Origin: Utricularia gibba
Lineage: Eukaryota; Plantae; Magnoliophyta
DNA: 64,000 nucleotides
Direction of reading: 5' to 3'
NCBI GenBank assembly: GCA_002189035.1
Contig: CM007990.1
Location: 4,836,001-4,900,000, forward strand
Positions 10,151 to 24,543 of the stretch are shown here, in pieces. Positions within the stretch are counted from its first letter, which is position 1. The number at the start of each line of letters is the position of its first letter. The translations under genes were made by a program, and so were the position numbers. The notes beneath the pieces are model-generated. The model had not been told where the DNA came from, made no database searches, and worked only from the letters and a program-made list of their open reading frames with translations.

Positions 10151-12611
10151 ATGTCTGCCATATCCTCGGCCGGCGCCCCTTCTCCTCAGCCGCTCCACCA
10201 CCGGCTCACGTTGCTGTGCATCCTCGCCTCCGTTCTGATCTCCAATGTAAGAAATCTTTTTCCTTTACTGTGGCTTCCCCAAAACCCAAGCATTATTCTG
10301 TATTTAATGATTGAAGGTGGTCGGGGTTATCGGAGTTGAGAACCTGTTGACGCCCAAAGCTTATGCCCTGAGCTACTGGGAGAAGCACGTCACCACCGGT
10401 CTACCCAAGTCCGAGTTTCTGATGGATAAGGCGTCCCCGCTCACCGCTGCCCAATACGCCACCTTCAACAAGATCGCCGACGATCAGAACGCCCTGTCGG
10501 CCCACATGCCGGAGCTCTGTTCACAGGCCAACCTTATGTGCTTTCCTAATTCCGCCGGCAGCGCCACCGAGAAGACGTCGGACATCGATTTTCACGGCTA
10601 CAACCATTACCGCCCCCGATCTACCGATGATCACCAGCAGGTAAAACGTTACATAATGAAAGGGTAAATAATTTTTACTGTTTTAATATGTATTTACTTT
10701 TACCCGCTTCTTTTAACAGGAAGATGCAAGGCTTGTTGCCAAGGATATCAGCTTCCACCGTTACCACCAAAAGGGTGGCCACAAAATGGTAAATTAACTA
10801 TAAAATTCGTTGCTTTTTCTATCAAGAAATAATTATTTTTCTAAAAAAAGGGAGAATATTAAAGGTTAAAAAAAAGAATTTTTACTAATTTACAGTATAT
10901 TATTACAGGAAGACGAGATAAAGCCTGAGGCAGTCCAAGATATCAGCTTTCACCGTTACCACCAAAAGGGTGGCCACAAAATGGTAAATTAGTTATAAAA
11001 TTCGTTGCTTTTTCTATTAAGAAATAATTATTTTTCTAAAAAAAGGGAGAATATTAAAGGTTAAAAAAAAGAATTTTTACTAATTTACAGTATATTATTA
11101 CAGGAAGACGAGATAAAGCCTGAGGCAGTCCAAGATATCAGCTTTCACCGTTACCACCAAAAGGGTGGCCACAAAATGGTAAATTAGTTATAAAATTCGT
11201 TGCTTTTTCTATTAAGAAATAATTATTTTTCTAAAAAAAGGAAGAATATTAAAGGTTAAAAAAAGAATTTTAACTAATTTACTGTATATTATTACAGGAA
11301 GACGAGATAAAGCCTGAAGCAGTCAAGGACATCAGCTTCAACCATTACCATCAAAAGGGAGGTCACAAACAGGTAAATTAAAAAATACCAACCTCTAACA
11401 GTAACAACAAGATTTTACTTTTTTTTTTTTTTTAACGTTACCGGTCTTCATGTTCACAGGAAGAGGAGGTGAAGCCCGAGGTCACAGATATCAGGTTTTC
11501 ACGCTACCACCAAAAGGGTGGCCACAAGAAGGTAAACCGGTTGCCCGAAGGTGACTAAAGTTTTTTACTGCTTATGAATTGTTTTGATCGTTTAAGCAGG
11601 AAGAAGTGAAGCCGGATATTAGCTTCACACACTATCACCAAAAGGGAGGACACAAAGAGGTAAACCGAGGTGAAATTTAATAAGCAGAGGGATAGAAATT
11701 TTTTAACTCTTTTTCCTTTCAGGAATTCACCGCGGCTCAATTGGTGGATATCAACCACTACCACAAGGACAGCCAAGTAGATGCTGCGGTAAGAAAGTTT
11801 TTACCGTGGGAAAAAATGTTGTTATGGTTAAATTCCGAAGGGTAACTTTTTTTTTTAACAGCGAGGGGTTGACACTGATATTCGCTTTAAGCGCTATAAC
11901 CACTACAAGAAGGAAACGGGGGATAGTAAAAAGGTTACCAATTGGGTGCCGCCGGGGATCTTCTTCAGGGAGGCGACGCTGAAGCCGGGAGCCGAGATAA
12001 CCATGCCCGACTTCACCGACAAGAAGCCGGCAAGGTCGTTCCTGCCGCGCGCCATCGTCTCAAAGCTGCCCTTCGCCTCCTCCAAGCTGCCTGATATCAA
12101 GAAGATCTTTCACGCCGGCGACGACTCAAGCATGTCCAAAATGTTCACCGAGGCACTCGGAGACTGCGAGCGGGAGCCCAACGTGGGCGAGACGAAGCGG
12201 TGCGTGGCGTCGATCGAGGGCATGGTCGACTTCGCCACCCTGGTGCTGGGCCAGAAGGTGGTCGCCCGTACAATGGAAAACAAGGCCGGATCCAACACCA
12301 ATGTCCTGCTGGGTGATGTGAAAGCCATCAACGGCGGGAGATTGACCAAGTCCGTTTCGTGCCACCAGAGCCTGTATCCCTACCTACTCTACTACTGCCA
12401 CTCGGTGAACGGCATCCGCGTCTACGAAGCCGATATCCTGGATGCAAAAACCAAGTCCAAGATCAACCATGCGGTGGCCATCTGCCACGAGGATACCTCT
12501 TCCTGGAGCGCCGATCACGCCGCCTTCGTTTCGTTGGGTTCCAGTCCCGGGAAGATCGAGGTCTGCCACTGGATCTTCGAGAACGATCTGACGTGGGTCA
12601 TTGCAGACTGA
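10151..12611 (+). CDS. BURP copy B: derived PG1beta-like protein with micro-exon-encoded His/Lys-rich FxxY repeats (~553 aa)
   Basis: Ten exons: 10151-10246, 10317-10640, 10720-10788, 10909-10983, 11104-11178, 11298-11372, 11460-11531, 11600-11659, 11723-11788, 11862-12611. All introns are GT-AG and phase 0, giving a continuous frame into WVPPGIFFRE and an intact BURP domain with four CH motifs. Confidence 0.88.
10789..11372 (+). repeat. Three tandem ~195-bp intron+exon units inside BURP B
   Basis: Units 10789-10983, 10984-11178 and 11179-11372. The first two are near-identical, including intron sequence. Confidence 0.95.
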
Positions 12612-15394
12612 GCAGGGGAAGAAGAGAAAGTATGGAGACCGTCCCGGTCAGAATAAGAGTGGTTTCCTTCGTTGTATGCATCGGAAGGAAACCATGTGGT
12701 GTGGCGCTTGCTTTCTGTTTCAGTTGGATTTGAACGTGTGAATTAGTATCAATGCTTGCTTTCGGTTACACCCATCTACACAACATAATATACACCATGG
12801 CATGTCTTGGCCTCCTAATGAAATAATCAAATAAGTACGCATCATATACGTAAAAAATTAATCGTAGTATGTGTGATAGAAAATTAGGATGATTACTTTT
12901 ACAAGTGCGGAAATTCCCTTGATGGCCACTACATGTACATGTGGATGTTCCTTACGGCCAGCCACTATATATATACCCTAAATTTTGTTATAAACCTCCC
13001 AATTTTACGATCAAATCCCTAATTTTAGGCTTTCGATCTGCATCCCAAAAAAAAAAAAGAGAGTCAATTGCTTCACAATGGCAGGCAACACACAACAGGG
13101 CATACCTATATTAGAATAGTTTGTACTTTTTAAATATTTTAAAATCAATTTTATTATCAAACATAGATGACCGTAGAAATTTAAACACAAGTCATAAAAA
13201 CCTATTTTTATTTTATTAAAATCAATTTTTAATGATTGTTGACAAACATAATTAAATAAAAATATTCAGCTAAATATATCTGATGAACGGAATTGGCACG
13301 AATGAATAACCAATCCATTACATACTTTAAAAAATTGTATATGATAAGTTTTTTGACGTTATAACTACATAGTTTGAAATATCTAGTTCTTTATTGATAA
13401 AAAAAATCAAATATAAATATATAACTGAGAAATGATAAGAGTCCTTTATGTTCAAATGGCATGTGGACCCTTTTAGAACCATTGGAATCACGAAGGATCA
13501 AACATTCAACATAACCACTAATTTAAATAGATAATAAACAGTGCTACAATTATAAATTGGAATACAAAAAAAAAGAAAATTATTTTCAATTCATGAACAT
13601 GAAAGAATTTTTTTTTATTCCCATCAATCATTTTTCATTATTTTACTATTTCAATTTTTTCTTAATTTAAAATAATCAAATTGAAAGTATTTAAAACTCA
13701 TTAAACAATTGCGAAGTGGATGATAAAGGTGTAGTTATAATATAAAAGATGTATTATTTAAAAGTGATGGGGTACAAATCAAATATGATTAATCGAAAAA
13801 CTATCAAATGGCGCTCTGACAGGATAGTGGCGGCCAATAGATCGATATATATTAGAGATACAATATGAAAAGTGGTCGAATTACGGTAAAATAAGCAACG
13901 GTTCTTCGAAAAATAGGATCACAATATAGATACAAAAATCAATCGACATCTACAAAATTCAGGATTCGGTCAAATCAACATTTTCTATGAGTAAAGGAAA
14001 TCCTAAAGGGAAAATTATTGGACTAAAAACCCTCCAACTTGTATCTCCTTTCACCATCTCTGTCTAGTGAAGACATTTTCTAGCGAACTCTGACAGTTAT
14101 GCGGTTTTTCGTTCTTCGACGGTTTCTACGTAAAAATCTCCACTTATCTTCATTTCTGCTAAACGAACCGAGTGAAACATCAAAAACTTAATCAGGAGTG
14201 ACACATTCGGCTGCACCCATAACCCGAAAATCGGACTCCTCTCATATATCGATTTTCGCCCTCAACAAAAAGAGTGGTTAGCACCTAGCATAGGATGATC
14301 ACAAGTTTTTATAAATTAAAATACACAGATTTTTTTTTCTGTGAAATTAAAATGCAAATTTTTAATTAATAAACAAAAATAAATGAGTGGCGATAAATTG
14401 ATTTGCCAATTGCGCTTATAACACATATTTAATTTTTTCGAAATTTGAGAATGAAATATATGTTAATTTTTTGTAAGATCATAATTTATTTCTATTGAAA
14501 TTGAAATGGTGAATTTTAATTTATAGAATAGGGGTATATAATTTTCAAATTTGTTTTTTTTTCTTTTTTTTGCAACTAGAGCAGATAAGCACGGTCACAA
14601 GTCAGATGACAAACAAACAAATTGCAAATCCAGCTGGTGCGGTTGGGCTATGCACATCAGAAACGTAGGTCTCTCCTGCTCTGTATGCTCCACTGAGGAG
14701 AGAAGCAGGTTGGCTGGTTACGAGATGGGATTGCAGCTTCCGTCGTGTTGTTCTTTTCCGATCAGCCGCCAGGGCCCTCAGCAATCAACGAATACACATT
14801 TTGAAATATATGTGAATGAGTTCATGTCATGATAACAAGGGGGTATACATACAGGACAAACGGCTTTTCAGTATTAAAACAATTAATCTCACATAATTAA
14901 ATGAAAATGAAATATTTAAGTATATAAGAAACTTAGGTATTTTAACGTAGTACCTCGAAGATACACAAATTGCAAATCCAGCCCCTGTGGGTGGGCTATG
15001 TACAACAGAAACGTAAGTCTCTCCTACTCCGTATGCTCCACAGAGGATAGAAGCAGGTTGGCTGGTTACGAGATGGGATTGCAGCTTCCGTCGTGTTGTT
15101 CTTTTCCGATCAGCAGCCAGGGCCCTCACCGGTCAACGAATACACATTTTGAAATATATGTGAATGAGTTCATGTCATGATAACAAGGGGTATACACACA
15201 GGACAAACGGCTTTTCAGTATTGGGTGTAGCCAATAGGTCTCGAAACGATTCGACAACGTCGGATAAGCATTGGTACCTGCAGCAGATCCAACTGGTTCC
15301 ATGGCCTGGAGCAGAGTTTGCAGAAGGGGTGCCCCAAGAGGGACTGTAAGAAAACCAACCCATTGGTTGAGTTTGTATGGGATACATGAAGGGT

Positions 15395-15800
15395 ATTAGA
15401 ACAACTAATCCTATATAGATAAATAAAAATGAAATATTTAAGTATATAAGAGATTATAGATCACTAATAATATGTTGTATTTAAATTTTTTTTAATGTGA
15501 TTCATATTTTTTGTGTATTTGAGTTTTACGCATGTTCGTCTGATTTATCAAATCTTAAATTTCATTATGGTATCAAAACGTTTGACTTACGTTTGAATGA
15601 TCAAGATTAGTTTTGTATTGATCTAATTTTCAGTTAAAAAAAATAAAAAGATATATTAAATTTAGATAATAAAAATTAGTTCGATCTATAACTCGAATAC
15701 TACGTAAATAAAAAAATAAGTAATAATTGGATCGAATACAAATTCTATTGAGTGCGAATATTATAACAAATAATCCTACATCGAATTTTGAAAGTAAAAT
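15395..15800 (+). mobile_element. Heavily AT-eroded TRIM/LTR relic
   Basis: Aligns by eye to the element at 59763-60269; retains a PBS-like tggtatcaaaac at 15568. Similar relics at ~16380-16800 (tggtatc at 16504) and ~33780-34140. Confidence 0.55.
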
Positions 15801-16899
15801 ATATACAAAATTTGAGTTCTAATCTTTTATAACGTGATACATGTTTATTGTGTAATTTAACTTCATCCAATCCATAGTATATTGGGGTTGAGTTCCAACT
15901 TAAAAAATAAGAAGTGATCCACCGATGCAGATGCTGGTGGAACTGGTAGAAAAATTTGTTTGATGCATCAAGGAAAGGGACCCAAGTTCAATAATGGTGG
16001 CATGGCATTTCACTCCTTATCCTCACAGATCCTCCCATTCGTGTGGACTCAGTCTACAGACAGCCAGCTACAAGTTGTCGTGTGGGAGCAGCCACTTGGA
16101 CATTTCCATGACCGGGTCTTCGCTTGATTGGAACTTGATGTTAATGATAAACACCAGCACTTCAGAACCACGTACACTCCCCAAGCGGATGGTTTTAATG
16201 TAAAGATTCACAAAAGTGTTGGCCATCGGATGTTGACTTCCAAATGATCGTTTTTTGTGCATATTGGCTCTTGATTTAGTTCCACAATTTATGGATAATC
16301 AATCACATGTCCATTTCCCATGCCATGTATTAGAATACATAATAACACATCATAAATTGAAATTGAAATATTCAAATATATAAAAAATTATAAATCACAA
16401 TTAATCGGTTGGATCTAATCTTTTTTTAATATGATTCATGTTTATTATGTACTTGGATTTCATATGTGCACTCACTTGATCCATTGTATCCTAAATTTCA
16501 ATATGGTATCAAATCGTTTATCTTACATCACAACTTAGATGAGTAAGATATGGTTTCGTATTGGTGTAAGGTCTGTTTAACAAAAAAAAGAACAAGGGAA
16601 TACATTGGATTTAAATGACAAAAAAAATTAGATTGATCTATAATTTAATTATTATTTATAATCAGACAAAAAAATAAATTTTAACAGTATTGCAAGTTCG
16701 ACTCAATGTATTAAAATACATAATTTCATATCAAAAAATAAAAAATAATATAATTAATTATATAAGAAAATATAAATCACAAATAATTGATTTAACTTCA
16801 TCTACCTATTGGGTTCACGCCGCCATTGCCTATAAAGTAAGGTGCTTCTTCTACTCTAATCCTCATCCTACTCGGTTCCCCTCTCCTTTTCAGTCAGCG

Positions 16900-18070
16900 A
16901 TGTCTCCCATATCCGCGGCCGCCGCTACTTCTCCTAAGCCGCTCCACCACCGGCTCACGTGGCTGTTCGTCCTCGCCTCCGTTCTGGTCTCCAATGTAAG
17001 AAATATTTTTCCTTTACTTCGGCTTCCCGAAATACCAAGCATTATGCTGTATTCAATGATTGAAGGTGGTCGGGGTTATCGGAGTTGAAAACCTGTTGTC
17101 ACCCAAGGCCTATGCCCTGAGCTACTGGAAGAAGCACGTCACCAACGGTCTACCCAAGTCCGAGTTTCTGATGGATAAGGCGTCCCCACTCACCGCTGCC
17201 CAATACGCCATCTTCAATAAGATCGCCGACGATCAGAACGCGCTGTCGGCCCACTTGCCGGAGTTTTGCTCACAGGCCAACCTTACGTGCTTTCATAATT
17301 CCACGGACAGCGATGCTGCGGACTACTGCAGAGTTGATTTCCTGTATGCATATAACTGCAGCTTCAAGAAGGGCCTGGGCGAGAATGAAAAGGTTACGAA
17401 TTGGGTTCCCCCCGGGATGTTCTTCAGGGAGGCGACACTGAAGCCCGGCGTCCTGATAACCATGCCCGACTTCACCGACAAGAACCCCGCCAGGTCGTTC
17501 TTGCCGCGCACCATCGTCTCAAAGCTGCCCTTCGCCTCCTCCAAACTGTCCGATATCAAGAAGATCTTCCACGCCGGAGATCCACAAAGCATGTCCCAAA
17601 TGTTCACCAAGGCACTCGACGACTGCGAGCGGGAACCCAACGTGGGCGAGACGAAGCGGTGCGTGGCGTCGATCGAGGACATGGTGGACTTCGCCACCCT
17701 GGTCCTGGGCCAGAAGGCTGTCCCCCGTACAATCGAGAACAAGGCCGGATCCAACACCACTGCCTTGCTGGGTGATGTGAAACCCATCAATGGCGGGAGA
17801 TTGACCAAGTCCGTTTCGTGCCACCAGCGCCTGTATCCCTACCTACTCTACTACTGCCACTCGGTGAACGGCATCCGCCTCTATGAAGCCGATATCCTGG
17901 ATGCAAAAACCAAGTCCAAGATCAACCATGCGGTAGCCATCTGTCACGAGGATACTTCTTCCTGGAGCGCCGACCACTCTGCGTTCGCGGCGTTGGGGTC
18001 TGGTCCCGGCAAGATCGAGGTCTGCCACTGGATCATCGAGAACGATCTGATGTGGGTCATTGCAGACTGA
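16900..18070 (+). CDS. BURP copy C (366 aa), repeat region reduced to ~20 aa
   Basis: Exons 16900-16995 and 17066-18070; signal peptide, YALSYW N-terminal domain, intact BURP domain. Confidence 0.9.
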
Positions 18071-19213
18071 GCAGGGGAAGAAGTGAAAGTATGGAGACCG
18101 TCCCGTTCAGAATAAGAGTGGTTTCCTTTGTTGTGTGTGTTGGAAGGAAACCATGTGGTGTGGCCCTTGCTTTGTGTTTCAGCTCGATTCCAACTTGGAA
18201 TCATGTTATCTGCCCATCTTGTAATATATGTGTTAATCAATATCAATGCTTGCTTTTGTTATCTACTGATCTCCCTTGGGGCTGCAGGACTTCACCCGAT
18301 GCCTATGTATTTAAAATTTTGAAATGAATATCTTAATTTCACAACCAAATCGCTAATTTTAGGGTTGAGATCCCCATCCCAACGGCCGGGACAGGCCACA
18401 AAGGTTGAAATCAACGGAAATTATTAGAACAAATAGTTTAGTATCTTAAAAATTAAATAATCAACTATATAATAAATTATAAATAAGTATTAATTGATTA
18501 AATGAAATCTTTTGTAATGTAATATACGCTTCTTCTATACTTGGGTTTCTAGTATAAAATAATAATTCAACTTGAAGGCGATTATTAGAACAAACAGTAT
18601 CATATTAGGATTTAAAAATAAAATAATCAATTATATAAGAAATTATAGATTAATAATAAATTTAATTTTTTCGATTGTGACATAAGTTTATTGTGTAATG
18701 AAGGTTCACCTCATCCTATCCATCGGATATTGAGGTTGAGTTCCAACTTGAAAAGCAGAAATGATCCACCGATGCAGTTGCTGGTGGAACTGGTAGAAAG
18801 AGTTGTTTGATGCATCCCATTCATGTGGACTCAGTCTACAGACAGCCAGCTTCAAGGTGGTGGCGTGTGGGGAGCAGCCACTTGGACATTTCCATGACCG
18901 GGTCTTCGCTTGATTGGAACCTGATGATAATGATAAACACCAGCACTTCAGAATCACGCACAATCCCTAAGCGGATGGTTTTAATGTAAAGATTCCCAAA
19001 AGTGTTGGCCATCGGATGTTGACTTCCAAATGATCGTCTTTTGTGCATATTGGTTCTTGATTTAGTTGGACAATTTATGGATAATCAATCACATGTCCAT
19101 TTCTCCATGCAATGCACTCAGCCGCCGCCATTTGCCTATAAAGGAAGGTGCTTCTTCTACTCTAATCCTGCATCCTCACTCGGTTCCCCCCCCCCTCTCA
19201 TTTTCAGTCGGCG

Positions 19214-20409
19214 ATGTCTCCCATATCCGCGGCCGCCGCCACTTCGCCTCAGCCGCTCCACCACCGGCTCACGTGGCTGTGCATCCTCGCCTCCGTTCTG
19301 ATCTCCAATGTAAGAAATCTTTTTCCTTTACTGCGGCTTCCCAAAACCCAAGCATTATTCTGTATTTAACAATTGAAGGTGGTCGGGGTTATCGGAGTTG
19401 AGAACCTTTTGACGCCCAAAGCTTATGCCCTGAGCTACTGGGAGAAGCACGTCACCAACAGTCTACCCAAGTCCGAGTTTCTGATGGATAAAGCGTCCCC
19501 GCTCACCGCAGCCCAATACGCCACCTTCAATAAGATCGCCGACGATCAGAACGCGCTGTCGGCCCACTTGCCGGAGTTTTGCTCACAGTCCAACCTTATG
19601 TGCTTTCCTAATTCCGCCGATAGCGTCACCGAGAACACTGAGGAAAAAATTGCCCGTCGCTACTGCGCTCGCTTCAATTATAGATTCGACTATAAATGCA
19701 GCTTCAAGAAGGGCCTGGGCGAGAATGAAAAGGTTACGAATTGGGTTCCCCCGGGATGTTCTTCAGGGAGGCGACACTGAAGCCCGGCGTCCTGATAACC
19801 ATGCCCGACTTCACCGACAAGAACCCCGCCAGGTCGTTCTTGCCGCGCACCATCGTCTCAAAGCTGCCCTTCGCCTCCTCCAAACTGGCCGATATCAAGA
19901 AGATCTTCCACGCCGGAGATCACCCAAGCAGGTCCCAAATGTTCACCGATGCACTCGACGACTGCGAACGGGAACCCAACGTGGGCGAGACGAAGCGGTG
20001 CGTGGCGTCGATCGAGGGCATGGTGGACTTCGCCACCCTGGTCCTGGGCCAGAAGGCTGTCCCCCGTACAATCGAGAACAAGGCCGGATCCAACACCATT
20101 GCCTTGCTGGGTGATGTGAAACCCATCAATGGCGGGAGATTGACCAAGTCCGTTTCGTGCCACAAGCGCCTGTATCCCTACCTACTCTACTACTGCCATT
20201 CAGTGAACGGCATCCGCCTCTATGAAGCCGATATCCTGGATGCAAAAACCAAGTCCAAGATCAACCATGCGGTGGCCATCTGTCACGAGGATACTTCTTC
20301 CTGGAGCGCCGACCACTCGGCGTTCGCGGCGTTGGGGTCTGGTCCCGGCAAGATCGAGGTCTGCCACTGGATCTTCGAGAACGATCTGATGTGGGTCATT
20401 GCAGACTGA
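19214..20409 (+). CDS. BURP copy D, close paralog of C, with a 1-nt frameshift
   Basis: Exons 19214-19309 and 19379-20409. C5 run at 19748-19752 versus C6 in copy C breaks WVPPG; otherwise open. Confidence 0.8.
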
Positions 20410-23400
20410 GCAGGGGAAGAAGAGAAAGTATGGAGACCGTCCCGGTCAGAATAAGATCGGTTTCCTTCGTTGTATGTGTTGGAAGGAAACCATGTGGTGT
20501 GGCCCTTGCATTGTGTTTCAGCTGGATTCCAACTGGGAAACCATGTCATCTGGTCATGTTGTCATCTTGTAATATATGTGTTAATGAATATCAATGCTTG
20601 CTTTTGGTATCTACTAATCTCCCTTAGGGCTGCAGGGCTTTACACTATGCCTATGTATTTAAGATTTTGAAATGAATATCTTAATTTCACAACCAAATCC
20701 CTAATTTTAGGTTTGAGATCCCCCATCCCAACACATAAAGGAAAAGAGAGAGTCCATTGCTTCACAATAGCCGGGACACGCCACAAAGGTTGAAATCAAC
20801 GGAAATTATTAGAAAAATAGAATTTAGAATCTTAAAAATTAAATAATCAAGTATATAATAAATGTAAATCAGTATTAATTGATTAAATCAAATATTTTGT
20901 AATATAATATAATATTGTTATATACTTGGGTTTCTAGTACACAAAAAATGATTGAATTCTTAATTTCAACAAAAATGGTTTGTTAAAATGAGATCTCTAA
21001 ATTTTAGAGATAAAAGTTGGGCCGGGCCGGCCCGACCGATTTGAAAGTGTCTTTGCCATTTTTCGAATTAGGGCTAGGCTAAAGTCCAATTACATAAATA
21101 CATAATTAATATGACTTTAACCAAATTATTTATTCCGTTGGGTTGATCCTCATGGAATTACCATATAATAAATAAAATATTTTAAAAACTAATAAATATT
21201 TTAATTTTATTTAAATAATTTATAGAAACAAATTTAAAATTATTATGTAAATTATTATTCATATTATTTATCCTAAAAATCCTATTTTCAAATTGGCCCT
21301 AGCTCGTAGCCTTAAAGCTCAATCAGTCCTTCGGGTTTTGGGTAAGAAAGCACGATAATGTTTCGGATCATTAATATACATTCACAAGCATGATTTTTTG
21401 TAAAACCGGGCCAGGTTGGTCCACATTCTTGGGCTTTAACTTTCATCCCTACTAAGTATATAGAGAGTTGTGATTTTAGAAAAATATTTAAAAAAACGGT
21501 TTTATTATTAATTTTTTACTATTTTTGTAAAAAGTACAAATTTAAAATCCTTTATCATTTTAAAAATCGGTTGAAATTCAACTTATATTTTATTAAAAGG
21601 ATTTCTTGAAAATTATTTTTCTCTTTTGGGACTATTGGAATCATCATGATGAAAAATGCAAAAATACTAAATTTGAATGCATAAAAATTGTCAATTCATT
21701 ATTTTTATTTTACAAAATATTATTTTTTTATAAAATGAAAAATATATTATTTAAAAGAGTGGTTGGCGCCAAACAATAGGTGTTCCCAAGTTGTGATAAA
21801 CGCACTCATAGATTTTTTTTCAATTTTTGGTAAAATTAAAATACAAATTAGATGATATCGAAAATCAGTTTTTATAACTACAACTAGGTATATCTAGTTG
21901 ATAAACACGATTTAGTGTCGAGTTGAGAAACACGATTTAGGGTCGACTCGGGGAGTTGGTCCTATATTAAGGTTCATTTAATTTTTTTCACAAAAATTTA
22001 GGCTTTCGACTAATGAGCCAGTGATTGAACCTTATTCTTCATTAAACAAAAATAGTTAGCGATTTTTCACTCTTGGTTAAACAATCATTAACAACAACTA
22101 CGATTTCTTGTTTGAACCTTTGATTCTGAAATTATCAATCATTATTCTCTTCTTTTTTCTTTTTCGATTCTGTTTTTTTAGATTTTTTTATTTTGTGTCT
22201 ATTAATTGTTTTGAAACCCTAGAAACTTGCATTTGTCCAAAAGATTGGTTTCCTGAGGATCGAAGATTACAAAATTTCTTTATGAATGAGAATGATGAAG
22301 CATCCTCCTCAAAAACTCACTAAATTTATCTTTATTTTGTTTTGATTTCTTTAATTTTTTAAATATAACTAACCAAAAAAAGTTTTTAACTCCATCGATA
22401 TTTTACATTACCAATCCAAGCCTGGAATAAGAATGATAGAAAATTTAAAATCATATAAGATTTAAATTTAAATTTTATATTTCTTCTTTATGATGATTTT
22501 ATATGATTTTTTTAATTTACAAGCTATTTTTAATTAAATAAAATGGATCAATTAGAGTTAAAGACTTCAACTCATCAACCCTAACTCACCAAGTCTAGGT
22601 TTCCATGCCGACCCGTGAACGTACAATCGTGACTCATAAACGTTACGAGATGATATCCAATTGGTCTCTCCTTCTCTTTATGTTCCACAAAGTAGAGAAG
22701 CAGGTTGGCAGGTTACGAGATGGGATTGCAGCTTCCGTCGTGTTGCTCTTTTCCGATCCGCCGCCGTGGCCCTCCGATCCGTCAGGATCACCAGTCAGCG
22801 AACACACATTTTGATAAGTATGCGAATGAGTACATGCGATGACAGCAAGGAGTATAGAGACACGACAAACGGCTTTTCAGTATTGGGCATAGCCAATTGG
22901 TCTCCAAACGATTCTGAAACGTCGCATAAGGATTGAGTTAATTGGAAATAGTACGCAGTGCGTGTTTTTTCTTATAAAATTGGTCATTTCAATTTTAAAA
23001 ATAGATATAATATATATCAATATGTATATATATGATTTTTTATTTTTTTAATATAACATATACGTATATATTATATTTAAACTTATTATAGTTAAAATAA
23101 TTGCATAATAATATTAATTCAGTTTATTAATAATGACTAAATTTCAGACAATACAATCTTTTCAAGTGTTTCAATTATTAACAAAAGTATTTAAATATCT
23201 AAAATTTTTTATACTGTATGTATATAAATTAGAAAGTCACATTTTAAATTTTTTAATGCATGTAAGTTTCCTTAATATATGACTAAATATAAATCTGAAA
23301 TAAATCATGTTTTTTACATAATTTTTATTTTAAGTTTTTATTATAAATTTATACAAAATTATATAAACTTTTCAAAAAAATCCACTTTTAAAAATGAATA

Positions 23401-24543
23401 AAAAATGTGAAGGATCATGATTCTGACAATTTTATACTTAGATATTCCATTTGAAAACTATTGAAAGATAATGATTGATATAAAATTATTTGAATTATGT
23501 TTTTAATTTAAATTATTTATTATTTTTTGAAAGTGAAAACATTTATTTATTTCATAGAATACAGCATATAATCATTTACATTTTTTTCTTTATTTAAATC
23601 CAAAGATGATGGCAATTTTTATAATGAAAACTACACTACGTCCACTTTTCTAATAAGTAAACGAGACAGTGGCCATTTTTATACTTCACCCTACGCCTAT
23701 ATAAACCCACATCATTATTGAAAAATATAAAACAATACTAATACTTTCTTGAATACAAATAAGAATATAGATTTCTGTACAGAATAGAAACTTTAAAAAA
23801 ATAATTTTATGAGCTATTAATAGTGAATTATTTATAAATACATATTTTTCCTTTTTATAATGAAATCACATGTTTCTCGATTCGAATGCATCACGCGACA
23901 AACCAAGGACTGGGCCAGGCTCACGCTCTCTGTCCCCGAATGGGCCCAGTCTAATTATCTTGGGCGCCACATATCTTGTGGCGGCTCACTATTTTTTTAG
24001 TGGTGGGACCCAATTCATTTCAAACACAAAATAATGGAATCTTGATATAAAGCATCTCTCACGTTGATAACACACTACATTATAGTAATGATATCTAAAT
24101 TTCAAATGATTCCATCAAATTTTACCGCATATTTAATTTTTTTAAATTCTCAATTTTTGTATTAATACGTTATGCATTTTTTAACCACGTGCCCTATGAA
24201 GTTGTGTCGGGTCACGAGATAAAGAAAGGAGCTTGTTATATTTTTGAACCACGTGCCCTATAAAGTTGTGTCGGGCCAGGCGGATGTGACGCCGTGACGC
24301 CGTACCGTAATTCTTTTATAATGAAGTGTGTTATATTTAATATTTTTTTAATTATTTTTTGAGTAGAAGTAAAATTATTAATTTAAATATAACTTCGAAT
24401 TAGGTCAATAATTTTAAAATAGGGAATATTGGGCTGAAAATTTTTAAAAAAATTATTTAGTAATCTCCTGTTCCGCCGGCCGCCACGAGTTATAAATAAA
24501 AGGTTGTTTCTCGGTGAAATCCACCCCCCATCTTCTCACAGCG

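Noticed and set aside
10789-11372. Regular repeats as a CRISPR-like array
   Set aside because: Eukaryotic intron+exon tandem duplication; the units are coding exons with splice sites, not repeat-spacer pairs.
13990-14280. Possible Mutator-like terminal sequence (also ~21950-22420)
   Set aside because: Paired TIRs and a TSD could not be defined.
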